Origin: Lama guanicoe
Taxonomy: Eukaryota
Length of the DNA: 64,000 nt
NCBI GenBank assembly: GCA_013239625.1
Contig: MU053216.1
Coordinates: forward strand, 1,950,943 to 2,014,942
Direction of reading: 5' to 3'
The notes beneath the pieces were generated by a model. The model worked only from the letters and a program-made list of their open reading frames with translations. It searched no databases and was not told where the DNA came from. Positions 49,375 through 62,604 of this stretch are shown here, in pieces (the first letter of the stretch is position 1; each line of letters begins with the position of its first letter). Both the position numbers and the translations under genes were made by a program.

Positions 49375-49599
49375 CAAGAACAGGGATTTCTACCCATTTT
49401 CTTGATTGCTGTAGTTCCTGTGCCTGGAACAGAGTAGGCGCTCAGATTTTCTTTCAGTGAATTAAGGAATTCAGTTATGCTTTCAATACCTGCTTGATGT
49501 CCAATTATGTGACCAAAATGAACTCATTTGTTTCATTTAGCACCTATGGGTGTCAGACACAAGGGAAAACTGATAAGCAAAGGAGATGTGCCCCCAGTA

Positions 49600-49845
49600 T
49601 AGCTGCCATTTATTGAGCATTTCTGTGGGGCAGGCAAAGAGAAATACTCAAGGCTTATAGATCTTATTTTGTTTCATTCTCATAACAACCCCGGGTTTGG
49701 TATTTTTCAGATAATGAAACTGGGGTGCAGGGAGGTTGAGCGACTTGCCCCAGATCCCGCGGCGAGGAAGCCGCGGAGCTGGGACCGGGCCGCAGGCTGT
49801 GCGACTCCGTAGCCCCGGGCGGCAGCCGCCGGCCACGCCGCCTCA
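49600..49845 (-). mobile_element. MIR, strongly GC-shifted in the right half
   Basis: catttattgagc...ctcataacaaccc...ttttcagataatgaaactggggtgcagggaggttgagcgacttgcccc follows the MIR core. Confidence 0.7.
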
Positions 49846-49927
49846 GGGACGCGCTTCAGGCCGGCGACCACACAACGCAGGTTTAATGCCAACTGGAGGA
49901 AACGAGTAGCTCCTAGAGACTGGAGAT

Positions 49928-50147
49928 ATTTTTTTTAATTGAAGTATAGTCCATGTACCATGTTGTGCGAGTTTCTGGTGGACAGCATGGTGATTCAGTT
50001 ATAAATATGTATATGTTCATTTTCAGATTCTTTTTCATCACAGGCTGTTACAAGCTACCGAACAGAGCTCCCCGGGCTCCGCAGCGGGACCTCGCTGCGC
50101 ATCTCTTTACTTGTCGTGGCGCGAGTCTGCTGAGCCCAAAGCCCTGA
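49928..50147 (-). mobile_element. L1 3' tail, strongly GC-shifted
   Basis: ttttttaattgaagtatagt... is colinear with the sibling tails at 25495 and 47975. Confidence 0.85.
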
Positions 50148-50998
50148 GGCGCTGGGTCGGGGAGGGACATGGTTCTTTCCGTGAGAGCCTGGCACCTAGG
50201 AGGCTCCGAGTAAATGGTAACTGGGTGAATAACTCCCCCTTGGTCCGTGAACCGTTGCTCTGAGGGGAAGTTAGCTGTGGGGTGAAGAACCATTCGAGGT
50301 GCGTTAATCTAGAGTGAGAGCTGATGGTCTGCAGGAGGCGCCCTGGCTTCTCAAGGTGCGAGCAACGTGGAGACTCTCACGGGACCGTCGTGGGCTGGGA
50401 GCACGTGGCACTCTTTTGGGGGAAGCATTTTTTGATGATGCTGATAATACGACCCAGTTGTCTAGCACACCTTCAAAAGGCAGCTGCTTTTAAATGAGGT
50501 TGCGTAGAATGCAAAACTCAAGTTTTGCTAAATTTTCAGAAACCACAGGTAATATGGGTGAAAAAGTTCAGAGTTGGCGTCAGCTTTCAAACTGAGGTCA
50601 CCCTCTTCTCACAGGGCCCCCCCCAAGTCTGCGGGAGGCACAGGAGGTCCAGTCGCTCGGCCCCACGTGAGCCCCTTTGATGGGCAGTCTCTGCTCCACA
50701 CGCCCTCAGGGAATTAGGAAGGCAATTTTAAAAAATCAGGTTAGATCTATAGCAGAAAGGAGCCTTCTGCGTGCACGAAGGAGACTGGATTGTGTGGCTG
50801 CAGGGAGGTGAGGGAGCAGTTAAGAAGCTGTTGCAAAATCTCAGGTGACAGATAATGGCTGCTGGGCCTAGAATAATGACAGCTGGGGGGCGTGGATGGG
50901 TGGGTACATGTGATACACGTGTGGAGATGGAAGTGAACAGACCTGGGGAGTGAGGGGAAGGGGGGTTAAGAAAGATGACCAAAAAAAAAAAAAAGGCA

Positions 50999-51131
50999 GG
51001 GGGAGAGTATGGCTCAGAGGTAACCTGTGCTTAGCATGCACGAGGTCCCGGGTTCAATCCCCAGTGCCTCCATTAAAATAAGTAAACAAGTAAACCTAAT
51101 TACTTCCCCCTGCAAAAAGAAAGAAGAAAAA
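50999..51131 (+). mobile_element. tRNA-Ala-derived SINE
   Basis: gtgcttagcatgcacgaggtcccgggttcaatccccagtgcctccatt...aaacctaattac. Confidence 0.85.
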
Positions 51132-51189
51132 TGGCTAAGTTTGTGGCTGGGCAACTGTGGTGGGTCACCACTTACCAACTCCAGGAAAC

Positions 51190-51595
51190 CCGCGATGGAT
51201 GAGATGCTCTCCCGCTGACCTGGGGGTGGAGAGGGCCACACTGCAGGCACGTGGGCGGCCTCCAGCGGCTGCAGGTGGCCCCTGGCTGGTGACCAGCATG
51301 GAAACAGGGTCCGCAGTCCCATAAGTGCAGGATACTGAATTCTGCCTACAGAAAGGATGAGCCTGGAGGTGGTAAATTAACAGTGAGACAAGAAAGCAAG
51401 ACTTCTGGAGGGTGAATATAGCTCCGTGGTAGAGCATATGCTTAGCATGCATGAGGTCCTGGGTTCATCCTCAGTACCTCCATTAAAAACCAAAACAAAA
51501 CGGAGAAAAAAAAAAAAGACTTAAAAAAAAAAAAGCACGACTTCCAGGGAGTAAACAGGAAAGTGGGGCCACCTGATAACCAACCTACTGCTATT
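51190..51595 (+). mobile_element. MLT1-type LTR fragment with a nested SINE (51406-51531)
   Basis: gtgggcggcctccagcggctg...ggaaacagggtccgcagtccca...actgaattctgcc. SINE TSD aaagca(a/c)gacttc at ~51393 and ~51532. Confidence 0.65.
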
Positions 51596-52396
51596 GCCAA
51601 GGAAGCAAAAAGTGCTTTAGTTTGGGGCAGGAAGGATAAAGGAGACTTGTTAAATAAATAAAGGGTTTCTTTGAGTTTCCAGGTCTGAGCTTCCTAGAAG
51701 TGATCAACCAATATTTTCTGAGCAAGGCGAGAGGGAAAAACAAAACGAAACTCTGTGTATCAGCCCTTGAAATATCGTTCCGATCTCTGGGAGGAAAGCA
51801 AGCAGTGACTTTGATGCCTGAAGGCTGCACGGCAGCTCGTGTCTGGCCGCGGTGCCCTCAGGCTGCCCGGAGTCTCGGGGCTGAGCGTGAGGCAGGTGGG
51901 CAGGAACGGCCACCCCGTTCTGCAGCGGGCGTCCCACTGCCCACCCCGCTGCCTGCAACAGGCGCTGGAGGTGGGGGATCGTTCACGGGAAGAGATCCTG
52001 GTTTTCTTCTCTTCCGGCATGTAGGTCAGAACCAGAGTGGCGTTTTGTTGTGGATAATGATGATAATTCTCCTTATAACCCAGGTTTAGGAGGCAGAGCT
52101 GAGGCCGCGTGCAGACTGATGCTCTCCAGCAGGAAAGCCCTTCAGACACCTGTGCTCCCTCCGCGCACTCTGGGGTGACGTGTTTGATTCTCCCATCATG
52201 TTGAGGCCACATCCCCTGGTTTGTGTCAGGGACTTCAGACTGTGTCACAATGACCCATGAGCGGTGTTCATGTCTCTAGTTTGTTTGGTGGGGAGGGGGT
52301 AAGTGGGCTCTTGTAATCTGGAGCTGGAAACATCCAGAAGAAAGGGCTGCTTTTAGTCTGGTTATATGCCCTCCTTTAAAAATGGCAGTTGTTAGA

Positions 52397-52598
52397 TACA
52401 CACTACTACATGTAAAATAGATAAATAACGTGAAGTAACATGGTCGACTGTCCGGCCCAGGGAGCTATATTCAATATCTTGTAATAACGTATAATGAAAA
52501 AGAATCTGAAAAAGAATATGTATCTATGTATCACTGAATCACTATGCTGTCCACAGAAACTAATGCAACATTGTAAATGGACTATACTTCAATCAAAA
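52397..52598 (+). mobile_element. L1 3' tail with TSD
   Basis: TSD-like ggca(g/a)ttgttagat at ~52384 and ~52600. Confidence 0.8.
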
Positions 52599-52997
52599 AG
52601 GCAATTGTTAGATCCTTACAGTAAATACTACTTATTTATACGCTCATGCCTACTACTTTTCTGGGTGCTACTAATTCAACAGTGAATGAAACGGACAAAA
52701 CTCTGCCTTCATAGAGAGGAGACAGAGAACATGTTAAATGAGATCCTGTGTTGGATGCTGGTAAGGACCACAGAGGAAAACACAGTCAGAGTGAGGACGG
52801 GATGGGGAGGGGGGCTGGGGGGGCCCCACCGGTGTCCACGGGGACGCGGGGCGGAGGCTGTCTTGCTGGAGGCATCTTTATCTGGTCCCTTATAAGCACA
52901 TTTTCTTCGTAAGTATTTGAATGGCTCAGTGATAACAGTGACAGGGTTTTAAGTGTAAAAAGCTTTTAAATGTAACTTTAAAATTTTTTATGAGCTT

Positions 52998-53103
52998 GGG
53001 GAGGGGCAGGGTATAGCTCAGTGGGAGGGTGTGTGCTTAGCGTGCACGAGGTCCTGGGTTCAATTCAAAATACTTCCGTTAAAAATTATATATGTATGTA
53101 TAT
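52998..53103 (+). mobile_element. tRNA-Ala-derived SINE
   Basis: gggtatagctcagtgg...gcttagcgtgcacgaggtcctgggttcaatt; flanked by aaattttt(t)atgag. Confidence 0.85.
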
Positions 53104-54794
53104 AAAATTTTTATGAGTTTGACTTGTCTCATGGAGAGAGTCAATTTGTCCCTGTCAGATGGAGAGGTGGTGTGGCTTTATCTCAACTCACAGAGAAACT
53201 CTAATTCTTAATAATTGGACCTGAAATCTAACTTCTGCCATGTCTAAGGACCCTTCCTCTGTAGGAAGCCAGCCTGATGGGCAGCACCACGTCTAGAATG
53301 GAAAGTAGTCTGGTCAGAAAATGCTATAACTACAAAGGATTTCAGAGATTATTCAGTTCACCCCCAACGCCCTTACCGCAGAAGAAACCAAGGGATTGAT
53401 TTAGGCGAGGACTAGCGATGGTTTATCAGCAGACTGGCTCTCAAGACCTTTCTCCATTGGACCACGTGTCTCCCTGAGTGATGATGAGGACAGAATATTT
53501 TCATTACAGACCCTAGGACTGGCCACGAAGGACCCACAGTGGTTTTACCTCCCTGTGGGTTGATCACGCCCAGAGGAGGCGAGCTGTAAAGCGGGTTGGA
53601 AGGAATTACGAAACGCAGACGGCTGGTTGAGTCACTGCCCATCTTCTGAGACGTCTTGCCGGAGGCAGGCTGCCCTCAATGAGCCAAGGAGTAGCAGAGG
53701 CCATGCCAGCGAGCTCGCTGGGCACGGTGTTTTCTGGGTAGCTTCTGCGGACCGCAAAAAGAAAACAAAACACGGTGATTGACAGAAGAAAAGGAATTCT
53801 GTTACTCAGATTATGAATGTGTACAGAGTGGTTTGGATGGGACCTTGGAAAATTCTGCTGATTCCTGTGGAAGTATTTATTTATTTTTTGACGGCATATT
53901 ATTACAGATCATCTACAAAATGAAAATGGAAAATTATGAGTGGGTTGTAGTGAAGGGAGTCATTCTCTGCCCAAGCTGCTCCCCTCGAAGGCCCGAGTGT
54001 TCTGACTACAACCCAGTGTATTTTACTGTCTGTGTTTTCTCCTCCCTACTTCCAGGGATATAATGATTTTCCTTTAAGTCTCCATGTATTTCCTTATATA
54101 AAGAGTTACACGGATGAGATCTGTTGGGTCCTAACTGATCTTTCTGGGGGACGTGGGAGAGGCTGAGGTCAGAATGCGTCAGGACCAGGAAGCAGTTCAC
54201 GAGCGGGAGACACGCCAACGAGCAGGACTGAGACACGAAATCAGAGACCACGGGGGCACGGGGGCCGAGGGGTGGAGACCCGAGTTCCCGCAGGAGTCCG
54301 GACGGCGCGCTGCGGGCTCTGCCCGCGCGCCTGCCTGTGGCGGGGGGAGGACGGGGCTGGGTTTCCCCGGTTTGCAGCCATGACGGGCTAACATCCGCTC
54401 AGTGACATCTTTCCGGGTCCCTTCAGAGCTACGGTCGCTCCTGTCTGAGCTCCCGAAACCACTGTGTTTCCTCCAGTTTCTCCTCCTACTCTCTTGTAGC
54501 GCCCATCTCTTGTGGAGTGACCTTCAGAGCCTCCCAAACACCTCGACCTGCTTCACACGTAGCAGGTGCACAAGAAATGTTTGCTGACTTGAGTAGGCAA
54601 GCCCCGATTCAGAGGGACTGTGAACAGTGGGAATGCCAGTGCTCCCTACCATGTGGGGTTACTGTTAAAATAAAATAAAATAATTTGTGTAAAGTGATTT
54701 GCCCAGTGCCTGGCACAAAGACACACATTTAATATTACCTGTTAGTGTTATGAATGAGAACATTTATTGACTTGAAACAATAAATCAGAATTTA

Positions 54795-54937
54795 GGGGGA
54801 GGGAAATAGCTCAGTGATAGAGTGCCCGCTTAGCATGCTTGTGGTCCTGGGTTCAATTGCCGGCACCACCATTAAAATAAAAAGTAAACAAACCTAGTTA
54901 CCCCCCCCAAATTTTAAAATAGTAAAATTTAAAAAAG
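54795..54937 (+). mobile_element. tRNA-Ala-derived SINE
   Basis: atagctcagtgatagagtgcccgcttagcatg...cctgggttcaattgcc; TSD agaattta. Confidence 0.85.
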
Positions 54938-56465
54938 AGAATTTAAATACTAATTCTGCCAACTGGTCTTTTGGCTTCTAATAATTATTATAAGAACTCT
55001 AGAGCAGGTTTTTTATTTTTGGAATAAGTTTTGGTTATTTAAATAAATTTGTGGTATTTTTCATATCCAGAGAAAAACTGTGTTTTAAAATATTTCTTGT
55101 TCTCTGATAACTGACGTTGAACTAGGGACCAACGTTGAATGGATTGAAACAGACACCATAGAGTTCAGACAGTTTCGGGCCACGGAGGCCATATGTGGAC
55201 CACAACACGATTAAGAATAAGAATAATTAAAACCAACCAACACGGACCACTGAAGACGTATATGGGAAGGCCCTTGAACAACTCAAGTAACTCTCATGGA
55301 GGAACCATAATGTCCACAAGAAATGGGGAAATGGGGATTTTTTTAAAGGCCGGGAATTGCCCCATCTGCGGGATGTGTTTGAGACCAGAGACGAATGGTA
55401 AGGACGGGAAGGGACGGGATTTAGCTGTAGCCTGAGCATCCTCGCAGACACTGACCAGTGACAGCGGTCCCATCCGTGGGCCACTAATTCGACCTTGGAA
55501 GACTGTTCTTTTGTGGCTTGGACACTAACCTGAGACATTTCCAGGGTCCCCATCAGGAGGGCAGGAGACAAGTTTTTCACCCTTTTGCTTTCTTTGTGGG
55601 TGTGACTTATGAAATGAGTTCCCTGAATGTAGGAATGAATTGTGCAGAACGCTTAGCGGTGGGCCCCCCGGAAAAGGACGCCATCACCTTGTGGTGTTGG
55701 GTAACTTGCCATGTGGCTACGCGCCCGTCACAGCCGACGCGAAGCCCGATGCGGGCAGGCCTGTGCGTGATTCCCCGTGTAGCCCTGAGCATCGTACTAT
55801 GAATGAGTGTCAGTTGTAAGTTTACTTTGACTTAAGAACGTGATGGGGTACTTAGGCCAGTCTGACTTAATGCAAAGCCCGGGGAGGGTCTGCCAGTTGC
55901 TCTCCGGAGGCCGCGCCTTAACTCTCTTCTGAAAACTCGTGCTTCCCGGAGATTAACGTCTATACGGTGTATGTCATAAGGGGAGTGAACAAGACAGGCC
56001 ATAAACTGGGAAAAGATACTTGCCACACACAGACGTGACGAGCCCAGGATGCGACGTGGAGAATTCCAATGAATCAGCAGGAGAAAGACCGACGGTGGAG
56101 GAGAGGAGTGGCAGATGGCGTGAGGAGTCATTCCGGGAAATGAAAACCACAGGGAAGATGTCCCTTTACTCCCACTGAATTGACCTGAGGAAAACCGCCT
56201 AGTACTTGGGCAAAGCGGCCGTGTTTCACATGCGTCGTAAGCAGGATCGTTTTTAATTCTCTCAGCAGCCCTATGAGGCACGTCCTAGAATGACCTCCGT
56301 TGAACGGATGAGGCAACGGCGGCACAGAGTGCTTAAGTCAGTTTGCAAGGTGACCCAGCAGAGCCAGGGTTGGAAGCTGACGCGCTGGGTGCCGAGTCCG
56401 TGGTCCTGACCTCTGCTCGCCCCCCCCCGAGAGTGTGGCGGCTGAGGGTGCACATCGTTGGTGCG

Positions 56466-56514
56466 TCCCTGTTTTCCGTGACCTACCTTGCTGCTTCCCT
56501 GTTTTCCGTGACCT
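56466..56514. repeat. 19-bp direct repeat TCCCTGTTTTCCGTGACCT x2 (period 30)
   Basis: Identical copies at 56466-56484 and 56496-56514. Confidence 0.9.
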
Positions 56515-58961
56515 GGCAAAACTGAACACGCGCAGACCGAGGCCCCCCACCCCGCCCCGCGCACGGGCTGCGCCCCGGGGCCGCCGGGGGGAGGGGGCTG
56601 CGGACGGAGCGCGGGTGTCGCGCGGACAGGAGGGCTGCTGCCCTCTCGGGGCCACGGTCCGCCGTGGGAGCTCGGCTCCGCGGCCCGCCCCGGCCGTGGA
56701 AGCACCACAGTCTCATTCTCAGGCTGCAGGGACGCTCTGTGGGGCCTGCGGGCTTTCGTGAGGGCTGAAAACGGGCTCGCTCTGGAGGTCAGACGCGGCC
56801 CTGTGCTCTGCATTTTTTGAGCCGCCTCCAAAGAAGAAAACCCCCCGGAGACCACGGCCAGCGAATACCTGCTTGCCAGTTGCTTACACCAGCAGCTTGG
56901 CTTAAACCTGACCACCGCCCTCCAGCCCAGTCCCGCAGCCGCGAGGAAACGGCCTCCCTCTGCCCACGCAGACAGGAGCGCGAGCGCTGGGGCCCACCCC
57001 CGCTGGGAGCTGTTGTGACAGGGCTGCGTTCTGAGCAATGCTGGCTATTTGTTTTTTGAGCACAAAGCAAGCAATAAATCTGTCACCCTGAAAAATCAGG
57101 TTGTGACCCAGAGGAAGGAGCAAATTGTGACTTTAGGTAAAAAAGAGTGCCCTCCCAGGGAGGAGGATTTATCACGGTAACACAATTGCTGGTACTCTCG
57201 GGCGACCAGGAAGAAGGGCTGCGGTAAGCAGATTCAGGAGACGCAAGCGTCCGAGGGGTTTTACTGATCAGTATTTCCAGGCTTCACAAGCCGCCAAAAA
57301 CCTGCCGTCATTCATTCGAAGTCAGTGCATTGCTCACCTGAGTGGTAAAAGGAAAAGCTGAGAGCTCTAATTATCCTTAAAAAAGGTGTCACCACGCAAC
57401 AATAGGCACTCCTTGTAGGAAGAACATAAATATTCACCTGGGGACTGGAGTGAGAATTCCTGACTTTTACAGGGAAGCGGGAGATAACAGCAGTCCCTGG
57501 AAACGCTTAAGGGAATTGCCCAGTGGAAATTAGCGTCCTTCACTCAGCTGGTGTTAGAACCGGTCCTGCTGGAGGAGAAGCCAAGCAAATAATGTTGCCG
57601 AGGGAATTACGGAGATGAAGATCCAGACAGCACTGGAGGTTGTTTAAAACAGAGTTCTGTCTCTCCCTTTATGTTGGGCATCTTTCACGTTCCCCTTCAG
57701 ATCCCCTCTCCCTGCTGCCCCGACCTGCTCATTCCCACCAGAGGCGGCTTCAGAAGGCTCCCCCGCCCCTCTGCTGTTGACTGGGTTCAGTTAGGGGCAG
57801 CATCTGCTGGAGACAAGAGGGAGGAGAGGCTGGGGACCCGCCACTGTCCTCCCTGTGGGTGCCTGTGCCCCTCTTCTGGGGTCTCAGCTCCTGAGGGGAG
57901 CTCTTTTCTGCAGAGCCTTTCATATCTCTGGATTCCAGTGACCTCCCCCTTCACTGGACACGTCTGTCTCGAGGTGACAGACGTGTCCACTGTCACCGCC
58001 CCGGACTTGCGTGCATTAAGCCCTCCACGTGGGGGTGTGCCCTTCCTGCTTGGTCCCTGACCCACCCGTCCCTCGGGTACCACCTTCCACAGACCTCAGC
58101 ATCGTCTCGGCTTCAGCAGGCCTGGAACGGGGCTGGCGAATGCTATCAGTCACCGGGTGAAGAATGCAAAGTTTACACGATGCGGCTCAGCGCTGGAAGC
58201 CGCACGATACACTCCAGCTTCGGACGTTATCAAACTGTGGTCTTTATCTCCAGATTTCGCTGAAGTGTGCAACCACGATGAGCCCAGCTTTATGTCGTCA
58301 CCGCCTCTGCGTGAAGTTGAAGGCTAGATAAAGCGCTCAGTTTCTGAGCTCTGCCCCCCGTAATCTCAGCTGCTGTTGCCACAAGGCTCTGCTTATCTTC
58401 AGTTCGGTGGCCTACGGGCCCGGCCGTGCTCCTAACAAACTTGGCAGGCTCACCCCGCTTCTCCGAAGAGATTTAACAGCAGTGAGTTCCTGTCCTACAA
58501 AGACTTCAGTGCGTTTATGAGCGCTCCGTGCCCCTGCTTGCCGGCGCGCCGAGAGGTGCTACTGAATAATCTGTACTTGTCAGAAACACAGACGCGCCCT
58601 GGCTAGTGCGGCTTTCACTCCGCCTCTTGTCTCTTCTGGTTTAGGGCGTCTTGGAAGGGGCTAGGCAGACTTTTTCTGTTGGGGAACTTGCAGCAGAGTG
58701 GTGTTGGTTTATGCCCAGTAAATGAGCCAGGCAGGAATTTCTGACTTTCATGTGCCCGTGGTGCCAGACGGAACGCATTCATAATGCCCGTGGCATGTGG
58801 ATTGCCGTCGCTTTTCAGGCAGAAGCAAATTTCCAGGAAGAAAAGACCCTATTGACCAATTCTCTTGATTTTATTATTGACCTTAAACAAGCTAAATATT
58901 TTTGTGCGTCCATCTCCCCACTCATCATATGTGCACATGCATAAATTGTGCCCTGAATGTC

Positions 58962-59054
58962 TTTTTATTATATATTTTCAATGGCGGTGCTGGGGATGGA
59001 ACCCAGGACCTCATACATGCTGAGCGTGTGCTCTGCCAATGAGCCACACCCTCC
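58962..59054 (-). mobile_element. tRNA-Ala-derived SINE
   Basis: aatggcggtgctggggatggaacccaggacctcatacatgctgagcgtgtgctctgcc. Confidence 0.8.
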
Positions 59055-59067
59055 ACCTCTGAACCTT

Positions 59068-59340
59068 TTTATCATTATATTTGCCACGGTGATCTATGAT
59101 CAGTGATCTCATCTTTGCAAAAAGATTATGATTGACTGAAAGCTCAGGTGATGGTGAGCATTCTTTAGCAATAATGTATTTTTTAATTGAAGTATGTACC
59201 TTGTCTTTTTAGACGTAACGCTGTTGTACACACAACAGACTACGGTGTAGGATAAACGTAACTTTCCTGTGCCCTGGGAAAGCGAGACATCCCCGTGGCT
59301 CGCTTTGTTGTGGTGATCTCCGCGTATCCCCAAGAAACGC
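59068..59340 (+). mobile_element. Tigger1-derived internally deleted element (TcMar-Tigger)
   Basis: gcaaaaagattatgattgactgaaagctcaggtgatggtgagcattctttagcaataa...agactacggtgtag...aacgtaacttt matches the Tigger1 3' end. Confidence 0.75.
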
Positions 59341-61379
59341 TTGTGGAGCTCAGGGAGTGTTTTTTAAATTGGTAAAAGGATCTTTTATGTCTCCTTTCGG
59401 TTTCATCCATTGATTTAGTTGGGTAACATGATTTATATAATTGCCTGAAGGAGATTAAATAATCACAAGAGAAGTGAAGTTGACATGTATTACAGAGGCC
59501 CTAACTTTTATAGCTCTATTGCGTTATAATCCATTCAATTTTCTGGCAATTCAGAAGAACAACTATTTAAACGGGGATTAGCCACGTCTTGAGGCTGCCA
59601 AAAACTTTCCCCTGGGAGCCTTTGACGGAGGTTCAGAATGATGTAAAGGAGCGAGGGTAAGTGACACGCTGGTGGCCGCGATGCCAGGGATGGTGTCAGA
59701 TGTTGATTTACTTAATTTCATCATTTTGGGGAACTGTGCTCAGTCCGTAAGTTGTCTGTAGGATGTTACACAGTCATTTGAAAAGTGAGATGTGCATGTG
59801 GATTTTGATTAAAGTGAACAGGTTTGTTGCTAGAAATTCTGGAATCAAACAGCAGTAGAAAGAGCAGCCACAACATTGCTTGAAATTAAGCATGGTTTTG
59901 TGTGTGTGTGTGAATTTTTTTAAATAAGAACCAAACCATTTTGTGTGTGAAAATCTAGTCATATAGCCAGGTGTCTTAATGCTTTGGGTGGTCCCGTCAG
60001 TTCAGACCGAAAGCTGCCCAGCGTGGGAACGGCTGAAGGTGGGAAGGGATGGTTGAGTTCCGGGAGCCCTGCTTCCTGTAATGCTTGGTGGTGGAGCACG
60101 GGGGTTTGCACTGGGTTATTCACACCCAGTGCAAAAATCATGAACATGTTAATTTCCTATGAGTTTCTTATTCTCCTTTATTATGATGGGGCTTCATGCC
60201 ACCACCCCGAGAACAGTACAGTGTGTGCCTTACAGTCCTGGGAGGCATCCCTGAGAACACTGGTGAGAAACAGTTCACTCACTTGTCCTCTTTGCTTAGA
60301 TGGCAGGACTTGCTGAGGCAACAAGTAGAAGCTGAATAATGTCCCCTGAGGATTAATCACATGAGAACAGTGCCGGCTGTCTGGAGGGAGGAGACTGTAA
60401 GACATTGTCTGCTCATAGCATGAATTTAAGAGGACCAGTAAGGATGGGGATAATGCGTGTTAAAGTGTCTGGTCCATGGCAGGCACCGCACACATATCAG
60501 TTGTGATGATCACAACCGGGGGCTTGTCTGTGTTTGCATCATCCTGAATGGAAGACGGGGGCCGACTAGATCCGTGGTGTCCACATCCGACTGATGATCA
60601 GAGTTTCCTGAGAACTTCCCAGATCCTAGATTTCCAGGTTTTGGCATTGGTGACTGATGATTCTTATTCAATAGGTCTTGTCAGCTTGTCTGGAAAGTCA
60701 GCTAAGGTTAGAAACCACTGGAGGAGGAGATTTCTCAGTTCCCTCCTGGCTGCCCCACCCAGAGTTCCCATTTGGAATACTGAGAAGGCTCCTTTCTCAA
60801 TATTTATTGCTCAAGTGCCTGCATATCTGCATTAACCAAGGTCACCTGGCATTGTGCCCTCTCCCAAGGTAGAGACCTTGAAATCTGGTTGAAAACACAA
60901 ACGGAGCTGACCGAGGAAATGGAATGGTCCCATTTTCCTCCAAAGCCAGAATGAAAGGAGGAATCCACTGACTTTCCGGGGGTCCCATCCAGGCGCCGTG
61001 ATTTTGTTAGAGCTGGTGGTTCTCAGAGCAAGTTGGCTAATGGGTTTCAGCCACTCTCATAGCCACGCCCACGTTTCAGGGAGTTGGAGACCTGGAGTGC
61101 CTGGGGGCACACCTCAGCCCTTAGCCCCTCGTTCAAGTTTCACGTCTTCATTTCCACTATATATTATGGTATGAACAGGAGTATGGCGGTGCCAAACTAA
61201 GTATCTACTGCCACATTTTCCAGCTGCCATACAGAGCCATTTATGCCCACATGTGGGGTCTGTCCCCAAACACGCACCCCTGTAACCCCATGCATTTTAT
61301 TCCTAGACAGGAACGCCTCTCAGAATGCAGGTGACTTAGAACAACACATGAATGCATCAGTGTCTGCAATCACAATCAG

Positions 61380-61400
61380 TGTGTGTGTGTGTGTGTGTGT
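61380..61400. repeat. (TG)n microsatellite
   Basis: About 11 TG units. Confidence 0.9.
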
Positions 61401-62604
61401 CAATATGGCCTCTTGAAAAGAAATCACAATATTTGTAAGTGATTGCTTGACACAAGCCACCTAACTAAAAGAGGTGCACCTTTGTGTGCAGACATCACGG
61501 CTGACAGTGGCCAAGAAAGGGGCAGTTTTGGTGCAGGTACCATCCTCTGTTGAAAGTAGAACCGTAGGGTCCTCTTTGCTCTCAGACGAGGTGCTGCCTG
61601 CCTTCTGCTCTGCTGTGGGTGGTACTGGGGAGGACGTCTCTGTTACCCTCCAGAGCAAGAGAAGTTTGTGGAAGACGTGTGGTTTTGGAGGAAATTGGGA
61701 TATTTAGCACATGGTAATTTAGGAATTGTACATTTTTCTGAGTATACATTTGCCAGGATCTTGAACTGAATTGAACCAGGAACCCAAACCAGAGGCTGGC
61801 TGACCAACTTCAGTTTCTAAAACAATAAACCAATTGGTTAACCACAGCCGGTGGAGAAATGTTTCAGTTTTAACCTACTCAACCTGTTGAAACCAGAACT
61901 GGTCTTGAGTATTTTTGTCTAAAACCACAGAACCATAACACCAGAATGTTTTCAAATCAGACCTAAATTAAATTTGGTTTGAGCTCCTGACTTCGACTTT
62001 GATAGTTGAAATGCCTCTGGAACAGCCTACATGCTTAGCATGGATGATCATTTGATAGAATCTTGTGTTTGAAGACCCAAGAAATGTTGCCAAAGCTGAG
62101 AAATAGCACTTCAAATACATTATCGTCGTCAGATGAGTTGAAAACTCCTGTCATAGACTAGATTGACTGAGGGCTCGCTGAAGGTGAGATCTTGGGTCAG
62201 AGGAAGAGGTGGGTGGTCCCGGGGCAGCCTCCTTAGATGTTTGGTGCCTTTGCACTGGTCCCTGAGCCAAGTGGCCAGCATCTAAGTGACACTTTTTCTG
62301 TAATATTCACCGAAGGAGGAAATCATAGATCCGTCCTCTTGTTCATTTACTGCCTGCTGCCTTGCACTCCTGAGGAGTGGATGCTGAGATAATTCAACTT
62401 CATTGATGAATGTGTTTCTTTGGAGCAGAGTTAGAAGCTCCCTTCTTTCCTTACAGGCAGAGGCCCTTAGGCTCTGGGAGGGTCAGGTCACGGGGCTGTA
62501 AGTGGAAGAGCTGAGTTTAAACCCAGCTCTGTTTTGACTCACAGTCCAGTGTTAACTACCATGCTGTGTGCCTTCTGCCTTTTATTCCCATATTTCCTTC
62601 TGTC

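Noticed and set aside
56271..57038. 255-aa minus-strand ORF, the longest in the window
   Set aside because: Runs through a GC patch, a direct repeat and a MIR; no protein family signature.
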